A stretch of 64,000 bases of DNA. Source: Bigelowiella natans CCMP2755. Its lineage: Eukaryota; Protista; Cercozoa. A program made the translations under genes and the position numbers. Shown here piece by piece: positions 37,162-50,992 of this stretch (positions are counted from its first letter, which is position 1; each line of letters begins with the position of its first letter). The notes beneath the pieces are model-generated. The model was not told where the DNA came from. It did no database searches and saw only the letters and a list, made by a program, of their open reading frames with translations. The stretch is from contig ADNK01001887.1 of NCBI GenBank assembly GCA_000320545.1, positions 28,348 to 92,347 of the forward strand, in the 5' to 3' direction.

Positions 37162-37755
37162 CTACGCCACATTCGCCTTGTTCTTTGCTAGTCTTTTTAT
37201 CTCGGCTCTAAGCTCAGCTTTCCGTGCCTGAAGTAACTTCTTCTTGGCGTGTAACGTGTCAAGCTCTTTATCTATTCTTCTCTTCTTTTTCGAAGACGAT
37301 GTATCTATGGGTAGATCGATACCGAAGTACCTGGCTTTCTCATTAATTTCCGCTATTGTTTGGGCGGCTGCTTCATACCGATTTTGTAATTTCCATTCAA
37401 GGTCATGAATAAGCTTTGATTTCTTCTCAGCTAATGTAAGTAATTTATACATCCTATCTCGGGCGTCTAAAACTCGTTCTTCATTGCGATCTCGGAAGCC
37501 AGAACCTGAAGTTTTCCTTTCTGAGTAGGATGAAAGTTGCCTAAATTCACGAAGGTTTAAGTCGAGGGCAGTCAGCCTTTTGTACAACCCCCTTCCAACT
37601 TTAGCTTCAATTGATTGTTCATCTAACTGTCGGTTAGCTGCATAGTTACTGTTGCTCTTGGATCTTAACCGTGATGTTGTACGTAAGGTGTTTTTAGGCT
37701 TTGTGGAGTTGCTCACGTAGGGTGATTTAAAGGGCATCATGTGGGATCTAAGCAC
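37162..37755 (-). CDS. Hypothetical basic coiled-coil protein (5' end uncertain; possible upstream exon near 37880-37950)
   Basis: 197-codon ORF free of microsatellites, with heptad-like K/E/L-rich helices (LHAKKKLLQARKAELRAEIKRLAK). No family recognised. Confidence 0.55.
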   Translation of the reverse strand: MLRSHMMPFKSPYVSNSTKPKNTLRTTSRLRSKSNSNYAANRQLDEQSIEAKVGRGLYKRLTALDLNLREFRQLSSYSERKTSGSGFRDRNEERVLDARDRMYKLLTLAEKKSKLIHDLEWKLQNRYEAAAQTIAEINEKARYFGIDLPIDTSSSKKKRRIDKELDTLHAKKKLLQARKAELRAEIKRLAKNKANVA

Positions 37756-38085
37756 CCTTTCTCAATGCTAAAAGGCTGAAGATTTGCAACACCAGAGTTG
37801 CTAAAGAGAGGTTTCTTTCTTCCCAGAATCAGCAGCTTACAGAAACAACATACACACACACTCAGCACACCTCATACACGATCTAGGATCATCGATGCAC
37901 TTTCTCGTAACGCAGTACGTATCCGATTATCCATATGCGACAACATATTTTGCTCGTCTCAAGCCAATATTTCGATCCTTTTCCGTCAACTTCAAAATTC
38001 ACTGCAACGCACGTGAGGAAAGGGGAAGGCGTCTCTCGATAACCGCATAAGGGTTGGAGCTCCGCTCGGGGAAGGATCAGGGAGA

Positions 38086-38381
38086 ATGGGGTCTGCCTTA
38101 TCTCGGCCATCTTTGCCTGATGGTAAAGCTTCAGGGTCCTTGAAGGTGCGACAACAACATCACAACCTGCAGGAGCACGTCCGCCTGCCACGTCTGATAA
38201 ATTTTCTCCCTCCTAAAACTTGCAGCTGCCTCGGGCTCTTCTCAAGTACATTAGGAAGCTGTCCCCTCACACTCTTAAGATTCTGATGAAAGCTGTGCAA
38301 TGGGGAGTTTTCTATTTAGTGCTCAGAAAAGCTAGAAGAGCACGGGTGCGTGTGTTTCGCATGAGAGAGGGAGAGACAGAC

Positions 38382-38423
<42 letters not shown>

Positions 38424-41400
38424 TATGCGCATATATGTATTACTTCATGGACACATAATAGGTAAATACATAAGAACAACAATAATTCTGCTGAAGCAAT
38501 TTTGGTGATTCTTATTTGATACATCAACAAACCGACCGTATTTTTGTTATGGCGTATTGTGCGTGCGTGATTGCGTGTGTGTGGACCCAATTAGCTCTGG
38601 CCGCCACGAACAGAAAAATGGAGAACATACCTAGTGTTACTCCTAGTGTCCTTTGGAGTGTTTGGCAAGCTATTTCTAGATTCCTCTCAGGAGCTCGAGA
38701 TGCCAGAAACCGAGAAAAAGAGAAAACTACACAAACTAGCCATTAACCTGAGGAGAGCGGTTGAGGAGGAAGAAAGAAGGTTGAAGGCGCTCGCAGAAGA
38801 CGACCAGAAGAAAAAAGATGGTAAAGAAGAAAAAAAGGGCAATATTAAAGCTGGCTGTGGCGAAGGCGACGACGATGGTGATAGTAGTTGCGACAAAGGG
38901 GTGGAAGATGCAGAGAATAAGGTTGATGCTGTTGACGACGATGACGACGACGACGACGACGTTGAATACGATACCGACGAGGAGGGGATTGATGAGGAAT
39001 CTGATGAAGACAACGAGCAGGAGGGAGACGATGGTAAGGACAATATGATTACAACTGACAGCTTAATCGAATGCCTTATTGATGGGGAAACAGGAAAACT
39101 CATCATCCTGATTGGCGTGGACCCTGTCCTGTCGCGATTCGATGATGGCATCAAGCTCCTCGTCCGCACAATACGTAATGACATTGAGAAGACTCTTGAG
39201 AAGACAGCATGGGCCAGAGAAGGGAAACCCGATAGGAAGGGAAACCCCATTCCAGAGACATTCAAGACTGGCTCGCAGCTCGACGACATGATCTTTACTT
39301 GCCAGCAAGTGAGGGGGCACTTTTGGAGATACCCTGAGGTGATGGAAGCGTTGCAAGGAGAAAAGAAAATGAAAGCTATGCGATTAAGTGTCAGTCGCCA
39401 GCAGCGATGGAAGGTCTTGAAGCTGCTACCTTACGTATACAACATCAGCAACTTGTACCTAGCCAACTCGATCATCGATATAGCAGAGTCGTTCGTCCCT
39501 GTGGCGCAAGTGCATTACACAGGGCAGATTGCCAAGCATGTCATGAACGGAGGACCAGATGCATGGAAGCGCATACAAGATTCCTGTACCGCAGTGGCTG
39601 CATTGGTGGCCCTGAGGCAGCTGTTTTCAGTTGCCTCTGACTACGTGCGCACCTGTGTGCAGTGCGAGCTGGCAGCTTCTATCAAAAAGGACGTGTACGC
39701 CGCCATTCTACGCCAAGATGTCGAGTACTTCGATTCACGTGATATAGATAGCATCCAACGTCTAACATGGAAATCGTCCAATGTGCTAAACAAAGTAATG
39801 CAGATTCCGCTAGACTTAACGACGACCCTCAGTAGCATCGCTACACATGTGATGGTAATCTACGGTAAGAGTGGGAAATTTGCTTCTGCAAGTTTTGCCG
39901 CTGCTTTAGTGACGATCCCTATCAACATACTGATGACTCACATATCGGACAAACGCTACGACTCAGACATGCGGAAGAACTACAACATGTGGGAGGTCCT
40001 CCACAACATCCGCACCGTGCGCTCCTTCGGACGTGAAAACTTAGAGCTGAAGAACTACGTGACCATGCAGAAAGCTAATATAGCGCACCGTTTCCAGGAG
40101 CAGGCTTTCGAAAGCTGCATGGAACTTGTCAACAGTGCGATGTATAGCGGGATCGAGATAAGTTTCCATTTCTTAGCTGCGTATTTAGTGCACACACAGT
40201 CTGGCAAGCTTGGAGTCGAGGATATCGCCATTCTATCCAGCTCTGCAGAGGGCCTATGGGACCAACTCGAGAGCCTGTATTACAAGATAAACTCCAACTG
40301 GTTCGATCGTATAGGTGGCGCAGAGCAGCTCGTGAACCTCCTCGAGCAAAAGAGCCTTATAGAGACTGACAACGTCCGCTTAATTGCGCCATCCTCCGAT
40401 TCCAGCAGTAGTAAGAATAATAATTGCAAAGCAAAAAACAATGCACAGCGCAATGTACTCATTCAGCCTGAAACTCTAGAGGGTCGTATTGAGTTTAAAG
40501 ACGTGCATTTTCACTATCCCACTCGCACTGACGCGAAGGTGCTCAAAGGCCTCTCCTTCAAGGTGGGCAAGAGCAAGGTAGTTGCTTTAGTTGGCCCGAG
40601 TGGCAGCGGTAAAAGCTCGGTGGTGAGAATCTTGCAGCGCTTCTATAAGGTGCAGAAGGGCGATATCCTGTTAGACGGTGAGCCCCTAGAGGCATATGAA
40701 CCCAGCAAGCTACGGCAGCGTATTGGCGTTGTGTCGCAAGAGCCCGTTCTCTTTGACAAAACCATAGAGGAAAACCTTGTCTACGGCTGCATCGACTACG
40801 TGCCGAGCCATAACGAGCTGTTGGAGGCGCTCAAAAAAGCCGATGCGTGGGAGTTCGTGAAGAAGCTGCCGGAAGGACTTCGCACACAAGTCGGTTCAGG
40901 AGGCATCAAGCTCTCAGGAGGTCAAAAGCAGCGCATTGCCATCGCACGCGCTCTCCTCACTAAGCCGTCCATGCTGCTGCTTGATGAGGCAACGAGTGCC
41001 CTCGACACGCATGCGGAAGCGAGAGTGCAGAAGGCCCTGGATGAGATGGTGAAAGAGGTTGGAGGGACAACGCTCGTCATCGCGCACAGGCTCTCCACGA
41101 TTCGAAAGGCCGATAAGATCATCGTGCTAAAGGATGGCAAAAAATACGAAGAGGGCTCGCACAACGACCTCATGAAGTTAGGTGGCGAGTATGCATCTCT
41201 TGTCCGGAGGGAAGGTAAAGTAGAGCTTGCTGTAGATTGTAGTGCAAACAATGCGAAAGGAGGCAAGTCTCCTTCTTCTAAGGCTGCCACCGGTTCAGAT
41301 GGAACAGATGATTCTAAAGCAGCAGGAGGAGGAGGAGGAGGAGACGACGACCTGAAAGATCCTAGCAAGTGGATGTCTGTTGAGGAGCAAATCACATTTC

Positions 41401-41672
41401 TCAGTAACCTGATAGCTGAAGGGAAAAAGAAGAACCGTAGAAGCGTTGCTATGCGTCGCCTCCCTGCTCTCGTGGCTAAGCTGAAAGATGTTTTTGGCAT
41501 TAAAAAGACAAAGAAACCAAAAGTCAGGAGAATAGCATCGCCCCCAAGACTGAAGCTCCAAAAAAGCTACTCCGAGGTTCACAAGCGCAAAGCAAAGCAC
41601 CGCTGGGAAGAGGAGGAGCGGGTACCACGAATGACGCCGAAATTAAAATGGATGGCAAGTTGTCCGGAATAA
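38086..41672 (+). CDS. ABCB-subfamily half transporter (TMD-NBD) with a long N-terminal extension
   Basis: Exon 1 MGSALSRPSLPDGKASGSLK, exon 2 LPRALLKY...RKARRAR, exon 3 from 38595 (LWPPRTEKWRTYLVLLLV...) in frame with ORF 38634-41672. TMD motifs AILRQDVEYFD and EVLHNIRTVRSFGRE. NBD has Walker A GPSGSGKS, Q-loop VSQEP, signature LSGGQKQR, Walker B LLLDEATSALD and H-loop IAHRLST. Confidence 0.93.
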
Positions 41673-42884
41673 GTGATGCCCTCGTTATAGCAACAATATG
41701 AATATCGCACGTACAATTACGTAGGAGTGACATGGTGTATCGATTAGTCGCATGTCTAGATTTGTGTCTATATATAATTTGCATCATATGCATGTAAATA
41801 CTTAGCAATTGTGGGATAGGATGTTGCCAGGCCGCACACAGTGTACTATTACTGTGCCTGCTGTGCATATGCACATGCACATCACAAATAAATAATAAAT
41901 TTAATTGGCCAGATAGCCAGTGATAAATCAATCTCGATTTGTGTGCATGCATACGGTGGCCGCAGCCTCTTACCGCTACGGCCAGTCTGGCAGTACCCAC
42001 CATAACATTGCATTTGAAACGGATGTGATAAATTGATTAAATCTTTTCAATGGCCATCCTAATGTAGCTGTGCAATGCATCACAATATTACACGTACATT
42101 ATTCTAGTATTATATACAGTAATAGTCATAGTCTATTATTTATACGTATGCTTGTGTCTATACGGCCACATAATGCATTAAGAAGCACAATACGTGCGTG
42201 TGCATGGTAGCGCTGTTCACTTTATTTTATGAATGCAGCAGGCTAGGTGGCCACAAATACACGCGCAAGTGCCTTGTCTAGACATGTTTAACCAAATGTA
42301 CACACACACACACTTACCGCGCTTGCTAGCCTGGTTGCTCAAGTTATGTAGCATGGCATTGTTTACATGGAATGCTAGCTAGCTAGAATGGCTACAGCGC
42401 TCTGCTAGTGGTTCATGTGTATACGTATATACGTACACGTCATGCGGCGCCGTCATAATCGACGCCACAATAAGCTGCCTTAGTGAGCGTACCTTTTTTG
42501 TATTGCTGTGTCTATTATTTGCCAGTATCAAGCCAATACTAGCAATAGCATATTGTGACAATATCTGATATATGACAGCTGCGCGCGCAGAGCGCAGATA
42601 GCGGCTTAATTTCGCACAAGACTGGTGCCATGAAACTTGATAAAGGCTAGCTGCACGCCATGCTCTATGCTACAATCTAGCTAGTAGCCATTCTAGCATT
42701 AGTAGTATCTTCATTGCTTAGTGCTGTAAATGATGCAGATTGAAGGACGACGCCTGCACGGCGTACCACCATAGCATGCGCCGGGCGCTACGTGGGCATA
42801 CAAACTCGGAAATAAGCGCATAAACATGGCACATCAATGACTTGCAAGCTTCAGTCACTATTAAACAATGACAGATATGGAATC

Positions 42885-42931
<47 letters not shown>

Positions 42932-43135
42932 CCCTGCGGCCGCTGCTATGCAAAACTACATTAGGATGACGATTGAAAATTTTCAATAATTCATTAGTGT
43001 CCGTCTCATATAGATAATATAGATTTAAGAGAAGATCCCTTGTGTCTATGTCATATAATTTACATGGTTTGTAGCCTGTCAATGCAATCGGCTTGCCTGT
43101 GCAATAGTTCCTAGTCAATGCCTCAGCTTGATCGC

Positions 43136-43286
43136 TCAGTTGGTAATTCCAGGCTTGATAATCGCAACCATCATCGCGGCAAATAACCCTGTTTCAAAAG
43201 GTAACGGGGCGATTTGAATAAGATGTTGGAATTTGTATCGATTGTGGTACTTTTGACCTGTACTACACAGTTCTAGATAGCACCAT

Positions 43287-43322
<36 letters not shown>

Positions 43323-44092
43323 AGTGCCTACTACAAAATCATACATGCAGCTGGTGCACACACCTGCGAATGGCAACGTGATAATCCAGGAAAGCACGAT
43401 CTGCCCAACGACTCCGAAGTGTACCTATTTGTATAGATATGCACAAATCAAATTTCCATCAGTATCATCATCATCATCATCGTCATCCTCCACCGACACA
43501 AAATCACACCTGTTTCCAGCCGAAAGCCGCCAATCCCACAGCAACTACTGCACCAATCTAAGATGCTGCATGTATCAGAGACTCGCGCGAGAGAAGGGGG
43601 AAGAGGAGGAGGAGGAGGAGGAGGAGGAGGAGGAGAGAAGGAGGTGATGATCTGTATTAGTGCAAGACATTGTTGTCCCCCCCCCCCCCTCTCGCTCTCT
43701 CTTTCGCCACCTGGCAGTGTGTCGTAGATACGGGCATGCGCAGAAGAGTCGCGATTACAACAGCCGCCTGGTAGGTAGAATGCAGCAGCAAGTCAGAGTC
43801 AAAATGATGAGACGAGTATTAACAACAAAAATTCACAGCAGCAAAATGATGCTACTACTACTACTACTACTACTACTAATACTACTACTAGCCTACTCCA
43901 GACAATGATTAGACAGCGACAAGCATCATCACAACGACGAACGATAGTAATTGTGCTACTACTACTACTACTACTACTACTGCTGCTGCTACTGCTGCTG
44001 ATGTAAATACGTACAGTGGAGGCGAATTCCATGCAAAATCCACGGTGAAAGTTGACAATCTGGGACAAAAATGATGAGTACTCTACCGTGAC

Positions 44093-44127
<35 letters not shown>

Positions 44128-44425
44128 CGAGGAGGAGGACCCAAAACACCATTTCACTCTCCCTCTTCTTCTATCTCTCTGCCCTTGCTTCTCTAATCAT
44201 CATCGTTTCTTCGATGATCTATCCACCCATCCTCCCCATTCATTTGTTCCAGATGATAGTGATGGTAAAAAGAAAGAAGTAACATCAATCATATGCAACG
44301 ATAACCCCCTCTAGTTTGACAGAGTGCTGGTGGGGTGGGGGTGCCAGGACTAACCGTGATGCGTTTCCCCACAGTTGTCATCACACGGTACCCAAATGTA
44401 TTCACTCCTGAGGGGATAAGGAGAG

Positions 44426-44457
<32 letters not shown>

Positions 44458-45056
44458 AATGATGATGATAGTGGTGATGATAGCGATGACGACTGTATAT
44501 TCTCTCATACAGAGGGATGAATGGTTACTTGCGAGCGATGATATATCTAACTTAGACGATGATTTGGTATTAGCATGGACACTACTCAAGTAGTTCTTCT
44601 TTTTCAATCCTTCTTACAACCAATGGCGACACAGCAGCCAGCAACGAATAGTGCCCATTCAGGCGTCTCCGGAGACTTGCAGCTATGGATACCCTGGGTG
44701 ATAACGACCCACAATATCAATCAACCGATATAGGAAACAGGGGTCATCACCCATGCACAATATCTAATGATTATTGGCTAGTGGTAGCAGTAATAGTAGT
44801 AGCAGTAGTTGTTGTTGTTGTTGTTGTTGTAGTCGTACTCTGGTTCGTGGACAGAGTCGATCGGCCGCATTCTCAATTCTCTCTCGTTGCTACGTGCAGC
44901 CATAAAATACCCATGCATTTAACTGTTACTACCTCGTTGACTGTGTTGAATACTGCTGAAAAGGGCGCCGTGGCGTTTCCTGTGTCGTTAGAGCCGTGTG
45001 CGAACGACTGCTCGCATAAGCACATTAAAAACATGGAAGCACACAACGGAAGAAGG

Positions 45057-45095
<39 letters not shown>

Positions 45096-45334
45096 TAATA
45101 TATGTATAAGCAGCTATAAGAAATTTGCCGCGCAGCAGAAACATATCATCATCGATCGACGTGTAACGTTGTATTCGATGGCCGCTATTCATTATCCATC
45201 ATGATGACCATCATCATATGTTCCATTTGCTTGTTCTCCTCCCCCTCCCTCCTTCATTTACCTCCAGCGCTGCGTTAAACACAATCAGGTATTTGAACAC
45301 TGTAATTGCATCTTTCTTTTCCGGATCTGTGATG

Positions 45335-45412
<78 letters not shown>

Positions 45413-45704
45413 TCTTGCTTATTTGTAAGAGAAAATATCTTGATGAGCAGATAACCTTGCATAAGTTTCATATCGTGCTCTCCCTCGACCGTGCTATCCA
45501 AAGCTCCTTCACGGCTCTTGTTGTCCTTCGCCTCATCTACAATCACATTGCGCATACATGCCAACACGCAATTCAAGGGAAGAAAGGAAGGCAAAATCAT
45601 GGTGATGATGATGATGATGATTATGATGAAAAGTAGCCATTTCTCGTGTGAGTATCAATATATAATAAAACAATACATCGTACTGTGGTTGTTGTCATCG
45701 TTAC

Positions 45705-45739
<35 letters not shown>

Positions 45740-46293
45740 CCATCATCGTTGTCGTTGATGATTACTCACCAGTGGTCTTGCCGCCCCTGCTCATTCCCTG
45801 CCCCCCCCCCGCCAACTCCACGGTCGAGCTAGGATCTAATAACATGCAGTTATCATTAATCGCGCCAATTGCTGCTGCTGCTGCTGCTGCTGCTGCTTCC
45901 CCTCCCTGCCCCCTTTCTTCCAATAAATCTTTGAATACATCAAGGTGGCCACATGCACATGAAATATCGATAAATAGCCAAGAACCATCAAGCAACGAAG
46001 AGGAAGAAATAGAGAGGAGGAGGAGGAGGAGGGAGGGAGGTAGAAATAGGAATAGTAACGAGGAAGTGTGAGAACTCGTTGGACATGTGATGAATAGGTT
46101 GGGAGGAGCATGAAGAGAAATATTGATATTCTCCTTAAATTCGTCGTTTACATGAATAATACAAACATCTTTGTGTAGTAGCAGCAGTAGTATTAGAAGC
46201 AGCAGCAGCAGCAACCTTGTTCCTCGTCTCTTCCGTGCCCTCCTTCCTGCCTTCCTGAGCCACCAATCTCCGCAAAATCTTCCGATTCAGCAA

Positions 46294-46326
<33 letters not shown>

Positions 46327-47347
46327 GCAGTATCGCCATCATAATCATCATCATCATCCCAAAATAACCAGAGAGGTAAGTAAAATCATGAACGCATCAT
46401 CATCATCAGCATCATCATCATCATCATCATATTCTACATGTTGTTCCTCCCAGCTCGACATCGCTAAACCCGCGATTCATCGCAGGACTTCCCCCATTCA
46501 GGGAGGGGGAGGGATTCTTCCTCCCTCCCGCTTTATTTATATTGTTATTAGTAGCATTTACGTGCCGTCGCGGCACATCCTCTTCATCTTAGAAGAGGAG
46601 ATGAAAAACGCCATGATACAGATCGACCACCCATTAACGATTCGACGAACACATGCAGTGAACGGCGAGATGGGGGGGGGGGGAGGGGCATCACGAAAGG
46701 GCACCAACAACGATTGAACAAACCCCCAATATCCAATAGTCAATAGCAGGCAATAATTCAGTAATGAGGAGAGGCATCATCATTTTACCATTATGGTAGA
46801 ACTACGTAACATCTAAAGAGTAGTAGTAGTCGCAGTTGATATCATGCTGCCATCCAAAGTGCCAGACGGAAATTGTAGATAGTAAGTATATCTCATGATG
46901 GTGATTGTTAGTATTCTTGCTATCATTACGTTCAATTTTGGAATCCATCTCGATAGAGTGGCTTGGCTCATCACCGGCTGCTTCAGAGTGATTGCTGTGG
47001 CGATTAGCGTAATTGCCACCTACACGACATATCATTACCAAGCGTAAGATGATATTGATGATGACGACTACGACGACAACAACAATGATGATTAGAAGAA
47101 GAGGTATCTTAAAGCGTGGAGGAGGAGGAGGAGGAGGAGGAGGAGGAGGAGGAAGAACAACATACCTGTCCCCCCCCCTCTATTGTTGGCCTTCTGCATG
47201 TCTGAAGGTAGTCTTCCCCGCACATATCGATCACGTAAGATAAAACCGGCACAGTATGCAATTGCTCCTGAGATAGAAATGCAGCAACAGCAGCAGAGAG
47301 TGAGGCCAGGACATTTTGTATACATATGTACGTATATATGTGTGTTG

Positions 47348-47430
<83 letters not shown>

Positions 47431-48073
47431 CAGGGATAAATACAAGATTCAACTGTGGATTGGCACCAGTACACGACCTGCGACAAGGGAGAGCAAGAAA
47501 TGACCCCAAATCGGAAAGACTTTTGCTGTCGCCTACGAAGTAAAGAATGTGGGTAAATGGAAGCAGGAGGGGCACGAGGATCATACTATTTGTGCCATAT
47601 GACCAAGCTCATGTTCCCACAAACCATCACCACTGCTACGATTATCACTGTTATTACAGTTATCATCCTCATTAAAAAAAAGAATTTTATTTGAGTATTA
47701 TCACCGTGCTTGCAAGTGGGGGTGTAGGAGGATATTATACATATGTTGATGACGATGACGATGATGATGACGATGATGTAAAAATGCATTGTCGTCGCCC
47801 AGTGGCTGCTAGCTGCTGAGAGACCGCCTACCTTCGATTTGAGCAGGATGAGAAACATGAGAATGAAGCTGGACAACGCGATGAAGAACGGCATGAAAGT
47901 CAGCGCCCGCTAATAATAACAACATACGATAATGATGAATCTAACGCGATTCATTCATGATGATTTTGCGACAGACAATATAAAAAAAGGAAGAAAATGA
48001 TGGTGATGACAGATCACAAAATCAACACTATTTAGCCTAATTATATGTCTTCGTTGTCGAAGCAGATACAGTA

Positions 48074-48112
<39 letters not shown>

Positions 48113-48122
48113 CCTCTTTGTT

Positions 48123-48171
<49 letters not shown>

Positions 48172-48410
48172 ATCTCTCTCAGTAATTCTCATCACTTCTT
48201 TCGGATTCGGTGCTTCGATTATGTACTTTTCCGTGGCAATGTAAAGAGACGCGCCTGGTAATAAAATACAAAGAAATAGAGCATAGAGAAGGCTTGAACT
48301 TAAGAAGAAGAAGAAGAAGGAGAAGAAGAAGGAAAGAAAATAGAAAGAGAGAAAGGGAAGAAGGAGATATATAGAGAGCGTGGAGAGAAGGAGGGAGGGA
48401 AAACAGAGAA

Positions 48411-48450
<40 letters not shown>

Positions 48451-49499
48451 TTATCAACACACCTATTATTCCGGCTACAATCGGAGAAAGCACCCACGAG
48501 AGGATGATACCTCCCAAACCCGACAAATTCCACACCAAACAATTTCCTGATGAGAGGAGAGCAAAGAGATGATGATAAAGGAATCACAATTAGGTTATTA
48601 TACGCGAACACAATGCCAGCTAGCAGTAAGTCTAGTATCTTAATAATACCAGAAGTCCCCGCGATGGTCATACCAACCACACCCCCGATGACGGCGTGAG
48701 TGCCCGAAACAGGAGCTGATCCGAACGTGGCCACCAATAAAAACGCACTAGATCCTACCCACGGCAATCAGCAGTATTGGAAGAAAAAGGGGGGAGAGTG
48801 AATAGAGCAGAGAAAGAGGCAGAAGATCAGTGATAAACTATATTGACGCACCAACGAGCGCCCCGAACATTCCAACGGCGTAGAGAGACATACGAGAGTT
48901 GCAGTATCCGCATCCCCAACAGTCTGGTTCCTCGACCTACATCATTGTAATATGTATGCACGTGTATATTTGTATGTGTGTATTTGTTAATGTCCAAGAC
49001 CCCAACCCTGCTCAAACATTGTCATCATCCCTATCAGTAGTGAAAATCTTACATCCGCAACTCCTCTTTGGATCGCATCTGAGACGCCATAGCCAAGGGT
49101 CACTGCACCAAGGATGTTGGCGAACCCTGCAATCAAGCAGGCTTTCCTGTGAAGAGGTGGGCGGGGTGGGGGGCGCAATGAGGGGAAATAGATATTTGGA
49201 TCATGAAGGTGTAATGTATAATACTTTTTGACCGAGAAATGATAAATAAAACCTGAGAGAAATAGCTCCTGAAGCTACGCTGGTACCCCACGCGTTCGCC
49301 ACGTCGTTAGCCCCGACCCCTGCGGAGGAGGACAGGTAGTAGTAGAAGCAAATTTATCAATTCTGACCAGTGTTTTGGAATATTTCGAAAGAAGAAAAAT
49401 CATTCTGTAAAAAATTGTTGCCAGAGATGTACAAGGTGGATCCTTACCGAAAGCGTTTGTGCACATAAAAATTGCTGCCAGAGGTATCAGCCATGCCAT
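43136..49499 (-). CDS. PiT/PHO4 (SLC20-type) inorganic phosphate transporter, multi-exon
   Basis: N-terminal PHO4 repeat: NAFG|VGANDVANAWGTSV, ACLIAGFANILGAVTLG.GVSDAIQRG, APVSGTHAVIGGVVG, IILSWVLSPIVAG. C-terminal repeat: SFAHGSNDTGNA (~44970-45010), RGFCMEFAS, MPVSTTHCQ|IGAVVAVG, IVLSWIITLPFA|GLFAAMMVAIIKPGITN* (TGA 43136-43138). An additional 5' exon from ATG 49770 (MTTVSCEPG) is possible. Confidence 0.92.
47350..47427. repeat. Compound (CT)n-(GT)n intronic microsatellite
   Basis: Directly visible inside a PiT intron. Confidence 0.95.
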
Positions 49500-49770
49500 G
49501 TCCTAATATAAGGACAGTAAGCCTCTCGTACAACTAAATCCCAGATATGTTCCCTTGAAGTTTTATTGAAAGCAAAATAGATTCAAACCGATGGATCCTG
49601 GAACTTCCCATTGTAGCTTGAACACACCCCTATAGAGATCAAATCTTATTAGATCCAGAAGGCAATGATGATAACCTCGTGGATGACCCACGAGGTACCA
49701 GTCAATCGGCAATACCCGAGTTGTCAAATTCGCAGTCTGGAACTCCTGGCTCGCACGACACCGTGGTCAT

Positions 49771-50992
49771 CCTTGATAAAAGGGCGCCTGCCTTCTTCCT
49801 AGCAGGCAAGACGAAACGCTGGAGGAGGAGGAGGAGGGAGGAGGAAGAGGATGGTCTTATCCGAAACAACGACAGGTCTGAATAAATGTCGCAAACCACG
49901 ATTTGCTGTCTTAATCTCTTTTCTTGGAAAATCCACAGGATTTTGGTTCGATATCGGAACAGTATCTGAGAAAAAGTGGCCAAATGGTCACCTTCTCAAG
50001 CCTTCAAGCAAGTAGCATGCTGGTGCTCACGGAATTCTAACAAACACAGCGCACAATGTTGTCTTCTCGATGAAATTCATGTGATTTCTATCTTTATTAT
50101 AGCAATTGTCAGTATTAGGTTCTAACACCTTAATTCCTCCGGAAATCCACTGACTTCACAAGGAAATCCAGGAAATCTCGCAGGAGAAAAAGACGAAGAA
50201 ATATTTTGAAAGCGAAAAATATGTACATTTTTTTCTCTTTTGTTTACCGATCTCTATGATCCTAAGAAATGGGCAACAACTTTTAAGTGAAGCCAATATA
50301 TTGTTGATTAAAATATACTACGACATCTTTAATTTGATGTCGCAAATTAAACTAAGGCACTTTGAAATTCAAGTGTACAAGAAATAAAGTCTGACAATAA
50401 TATTGAAAATCCTAAAATGCATTGTTTTTTAGGATGAATTTGCAGTCACTGACGGTATATTAACTAGAACGCTTGATAAATCCAGGAACTCGACAGTGCA
50501 AGGTACCCGATAGTACGACGTGCCCAGTAAGGAACAATAATGGCCGCCTCTAATGCCGGGGGGATCCGATATTATATATATTTAAATGAAACATACTATT
50601 ATTCTCTTTTACGACTAACATTTTTTAGAATTTCGACTTTAAATTATGATCACGGAGCGGAAGACTCTGAGTCATACTTAATATTTAGTCCAATATTATT
50701 AATAAAATATAAATTCATGATAAAAAAGAATAAAAACATACCAAAATCGATGTATATACCGAATAATGTAGGTACATTCTCTCCCTGAAAACTTCACCAC
50801 GATCTTGCAAGTCGAGCAGGCCAGCCGCATGGAAACGAGGCCGTTCAGCCCGACCACCCTTTAATAATTGAAATAATCTGAGTAAATACCTTCGAATTAT
50901 CCCTGAGACAACACGTTCACCATGTCGTACTTCATATATTAAAACTGCCGTTGCTCTTGGTCTTGCGCCCATCGGCCACATAGTCTGAATCA
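49771..50992. promoter_or_regulatory. Divergent intergenic region (putative bidirectional promoter) between the PiT transporter and atpC
   Basis: AT-rich interval between head-to-head genes, nearly free of microsatellites. Confidence 0.4.

Noticed and set aside
38634-38636. GTG start and a fully intronless bacterial-type ABC gene
   Set aside because: The frame continues upstream to an AG acceptor at 38594 and joins two GT-AG-bounded exons beginning at ATG 38086.
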